From assembly GCA_964426185.1 (NCBI GenBank), contig CAYRPF010000025.1, forward strand, positions 17,715 to 36,811: a DNA stretch of 19,097 nucleotides, written 5' to 3'. Positions 16,096 to 19,097 of this stretch are shown one piece after another. The notes below the pieces were generated by a model. That model worked only from the letters and a program-made list of their open reading frames with translations, was not told the DNA's origin and made no database searches. Source of the stretch: an uncultured archaeon. Its GTDB lineage: Archaea > Asgardarchaeota > Lokiarchaeia > Sigyniarchaeales > Promethearchaeaceae. Position numbers and translations under genes: made by a program. The stretch's first letter is position 1, and each line of letters starts with the position of its first letter.

Positions 16096-18006
16096 TCATT
16101 TTTCCACATAAAATGCCTCTTGGGGGCAAATGTAAATGCAACTTTTACAAGACCGGCATTGTGATTGGTCAATATAGGCTTTATGAGTCTCAAAATTGAA
16201 ATTTATAGCCGGGCAACCAAATTGGCGCACACAAATTTGACATCCTGTACATTTTTCCGAATCAACTTTAATTACAGGTAAGACCGTTTTCTGCTTCTTA
16301 AAGACCCTTAATTCCTGTAGTGCGCACATATGCCGGGCAATAAATACTCGAACACCTTTTGCTTTGGCAGCTTGTTCAAATTTCTCCATTAAGCCCTCCA
16401 TATCATATGCTTCATGCACCCAAATGTTTTCGGTTGGAACACCACATCCTTTTACAACTTCTTCGATAGGAATTCGGGTTCCGGGCTCACCAGTGAGCAA
16501 AATACCGTTGGATGGGTTGTCTTGGCCTCCGGTCATACTGGTGAAACTGTTATCACTGACAATTACGAGAATTTCATTTTTATTATATACCGCATTCACC
16601 AAGGGAGCAATTCCTGAATGGAAGAAAGTTGAGTCTCCCAAAAAGGCCGTTACAATCACATCATCAGATAGGATTTTTGCCATACCGTTGGCCATTCCGA
16701 TGCTGCCCCCCATACATAATGCAGTATCAGCCATTTCTAAAGGTTTATAGACACCTAGCGAATAACAGCCGATATCATTGTTATTTGCAAACTTCTTCTT
16801 CAGCTTCTTCGCAACCTTTTTCATAACCCAGTAAATATTCCGATGAGAGCAAGCAGGACACATTTGGGGTAAACGAGGTGGGGCAGAAGCGGTCAAAGGT
16901 GGAAATTCTGGAAGAGAATAAGCAACTCCACATAATTTGGCTACCGCGGCCACTATTGTTTCAGGATGCAATTCACCTTGCTGGGGAAGTAAATCTTTTC
17001 CATGAATTTCAATGTTGGAACTCAAATCTAAGTCAAAAGCACGGGCTTTACATTGCTCTTCAAAGATCGGCTCAAGTTCTTCTACCACAAACAAAATATC
17101 CACATGTTTGAGAATTTTTTCCAGAGATTTTGGTGGCAGTGGATTAATTAACCCCAATTTTAACATTGAGACGGAGCCTTCGAGTTGTAATTCCACTAAA
17201 GCATCTTGAAGGTGTGAATATGCAATTCCTGCGGCTAAAAATCCGATTTTTTTTCCATGAATGGTTTTTTCTGATAAGAAAAGATGATTAAAGGGGAATT
17301 CATCAGCATCTTCGGTCATTCGCGCCATTCTTTTTAATAGATCTGCACGTTGAGGTCGCGTATTTGAAGGAACACATACCCAACGGTTGCGATCCCAATC
17401 AAATTCTGGAGTTTGTTCCTTTTTCACCAAGGTTCCGAATTCAACATCCGCTCTTCCGTGATTTAATCGAGTGGTTGTGCGTAATACTACTATATTATTA
17501 TATTTTTCCGAGTATTCAAAGGCATACTTCATCATATCCTTTGCTTCCTGAGGAGTGGAAGGTTCAAACACTGGAGCCAAAGCGTGTAATCCATAATACC
17601 GATTGTCTTGTTCGTTTTGACTGGAAAATTGACTGGGATCATCTGCAGAAATGAGTACCATGCCTCCACGTACACCATGATATACAGCAGTCATGAACGC
17701 ATCAGAAGCAACGTTAACACCGACATGTTTCATGGCCGCTACAGCACGCACATTTGACATTGAGCCCGCATAAGCAACTTCGAAGGCTACTTTTTCGTTT
17801 ACGCTCCATTCTACTTTCATTTCAGGGTGGTATTTGGCACATTGAGCCACTGCAGGCATGATCTCAGATGAAGGGGTACCTGGGTATGCTGCCGCAATAA
17901 TCGCGTTTCCTTCAAAAATCCCCCGCGCAATGGCTTCATTACCCAACATTATCATTTTGTACCCGGGATCGTCTTGGGCAATTTTCGGGATAGAAGAATT
18001 ACTCAT
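16096..18006 (-). CDS. iorA: Indolepyruvate:ferredoxin oxidoreductase alpha subunit
   Basis: LGNEAIARG, YPGTPSSE, NEKVAFE, MKHVG, SSQNEQD, VEELEP, CPAC.HR, DIGCY, TPP motif GDSTFFHSG...DN..T.MTG.Q, and two C-terminal 4Fe-4S motifs. Start moved to ATG 18006, which has a GGAGGT SD and overlaps the iorB end. Confidence 0.95.
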   Translation of the reverse strand: MSNSSIPKIAQDDPGYKMIMLGNEAIARGIFEGNAIIAAAYPGTPSSEIMPAVAQCAKYHPEMKVEWSVNEKVAFEVAYAGSMSNVRAVAAMKHVGVNVASDAFMTAVYHGVRGGMVLISADDPSQFSSQNEQDNRYYGLHALAPVFEPSTPQEAKDMMKYAFEYSEKYNNIVVLRTTTRLNHGRADVEFGTLVKKEQTPEFDWDRNRWVCVPSNTRPQRADLLKRMARMTEDADEFPFNHLFLSEKTIHGKKIGFLAAGIAYSHLQDALVELQLEGSVSMLKLGLINPLPPKSLEKILKHVDILFVVEELEPIFEEQCKARAFDLDLSSNIEIHGKDLLPQQGELHPETIVAAVAKLCGVAYSLPEFPPLTASAPPRLPQMCPACSHRNIYWVMKKVAKKLKKKFANNNDIGCYSLGVYKPLEMADTALCMGGSIGMANGMAKILSDDVIVTAFLGDSTFFHSGIAPLVNAVYNKNEILVIVSDNSFTSMTGGQDNPSNGILLTGEPGTRIPIEEVVKGCGVPTENIWVHEAYDMEGLMEKFEQAAKAKGVRVFIARHMCALQELRVFKKQKTVLPVIKVDSEKCTGCQICVRQFGCPAINFNFETHKAYIDQSQCRSCKSCIYICPQEAFYVEK

Positions 18007-18610
18007 TAATTTTACCTCCTTGTTCAAATCCTAACTGAAAGGCTGTCTTATTTATAGGCAAAGCCTTAGCAGGAACAAATTTCTCGATAGATTTTTCAAT
18101 AGTTTCACGTTTTAGTGGAATACTTCCCGAGCTAGAAGCAAAACCCAACATAACAACATTCAAAGCTTTTTCAGTCCCAGCTTGTTCTGCCAATTTTAAT
18201 GCATCGATAGAGTAAACATGCGGAGTTATTTTACGTAATTCTTGTTTTACAGAATCTACATTGGGATATTTTATTTTCCGATCTTGGTAAATGGATAGGG
18301 GTAAAATTGGAGCAGAGCTAATAAAATAATAAGTATCTTGATTGGCAAATTGAATGGCTCGAAGTGCTTCGCTCGGTTCCAATGCAATAATAATATGAGC
18401 GCCGTGTTTTGGAATAAGGGGTCCGTGAACATCTTTTCCAAAGCGGAGATAACCGGAGACAGATCCACCTCTTTGGGCCATTCCATGAGTTTCGGCTGTT
18501 CTAACGGGGTGACCTTCTGCCAATGCTGCATCTGCTAAAATATGCGTTCCACGAATGACACCTTGACCTCCTACACCGATCATATAACAATGAAATTTTG
18601 ATAAGGTCAT
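17999..18610 (-). CDS. iorB: Indolepyruvate:ferredoxin oxidoreductase beta subunit
   Basis: GVGGQG, ETHGMAQRGGSV, EPSEALR, NVVMLG, N..AF..G. ATG 18610 is preferred over TTG 18628. Confidence 0.93.
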   Translation of the reverse strand: MTLSKFHCYMIGVGGQGVIRGTHILADAALAEGHPVRTAETHGMAQRGGSVSGYLRFGKDVHGPLIPKHGAHIIIALEPSEALRAIQFANQDTYYFISSAPILPLSIYQDRKIKYPNVDSVKQELRKITPHVYSIDALKLAEQAGTEKALNVVMLGFASSSGSIPLKRETIEKSIEKFVPAKALPINKTAFQLGFEQGGKINE

Positions 18611-18674
18611 AAAAATCAACTTCTTCAATTGAATCCATTATTTGGAGGATTCGTGTGTGTATTAAGTGAAATGG

Positions 18675-18709
18675 AAAAAAAAGCCTTTCTTTTTAGGGAA
18701 TGCATTCCC
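18675..18709 (-). terminator. Palindrome plus T8 tract after the Loki-CTERM gene (terminator, or regulatory site for iorB)
   Basis: Perfect 14-bp palindrome GGGAATGCATTCCC (18696-18709), 8 nt after the stop, followed by T8 on the minus strand (18675-18682). Confidence 0.45.
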
Positions 18710-18717
18710 ATTCAAAT

Positions 18718-19097
18718 CTAATAATTCCACCATAATTCTTTTTTAATTATAATTATTGTAATAGCCAGCGGAATCGAAAGAAAATTTAGCAAAATGGGAT
18801 ATCCCGCAATAAATGTTGAAGTAAAATGAGTCGAATTATTAGAAGAAGTATTCGTGTAATTTGATTCAAAGCTGTATCTCACCAAAGGAATACTGTAAAC
18901 CGAGAGAAGTGAATCATCTAAATCGAAAAACCCACGATCTTGAGTTGGAGTAGAACCCACACAAGGATAAATCCAAGCAGGTTCCCATACGATGATTCCT
19001 TTACCCAACCCCTCTGTTAGATCTATCATTAAATGGATCAAAGTGATTATTTTTTCTTGATCAAATATGATCAGCCAAAATCACTATTGGCTAATTC
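18718..19097 (-). CDS. 3' part of a secreted/surface protein with a Loki-CTERM-like C-terminal sorting signal (runs off the right edge)
   Basis: The frame stays open to 19097 (ELANSDFWLIIFDQEKIITLIHL...), so the 19041 start is an artefact. It ends in a Ser/Thr/Asn linker (SNYTNTSSNNSTHFTST), then IAGYP, a hydrophobic helix and KK. Confidence 0.75.

Noticed and set aside
1751-18538. Other short alternate-frame or antisense ORFs nested in the long genes (for example 1930-2217, 4022-4261, 12449-12730, 16364-16750)
   Set aside because: They are fully overlapped by well-supported genes and have no recognisable motifs.
1-19097. CRISPR array, IS element, integrase or rRNA
   Set aside because: No regularly spaced direct repeats, terminal inverted repeats with a transposase, recombinase motifs or rRNA-like sequence were seen by eye.

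Overview
AT-rich archaeal DNA, most likely an Asgard archaeon of the Lokiarchaeia/Promethearchaeota. This placement is inferred from a Loki-CTERM-like sorting signal, an archaeal AsnRS-like asparagine synthetase, a CCA-less tRNA and sequon-rich giant FtsX permeases. From left to right the window holds: a damaged flavin-reductase-family gene; a hairpin-rich intergenic region; a KamA-family radical SAM/PLP aminomutase whose substrate-binding residues are not the lysine type; a three-gene type VII (MacB/FtsX-like) ABC system with two paralogous >1000-aa permeases and an ATPase carrying a C-terminal 4-Cys zinc ribbon; an archaeal asnA whose N-terminal extension is built from a 9-nt tandem repeat, divergent from an Lrp/AsnC regulator; an ABC-2 (DrrAB-like) exporter; an atypical tRNA-Leu(CAG); an iorB-iorA-acdA amino-acid fermentation cluster; and the 3' end of a surface-anchored protein. 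No CRISPR array, transposase or integrase was seen. The most promising leads are the non-lysine aminomutase with its structured upstream region, the unusual tRNA, the repeat-derived AsnA extension and the zinc-ribbon ABC ATPase. All homology calls are by eye and from memory, with no searches run.
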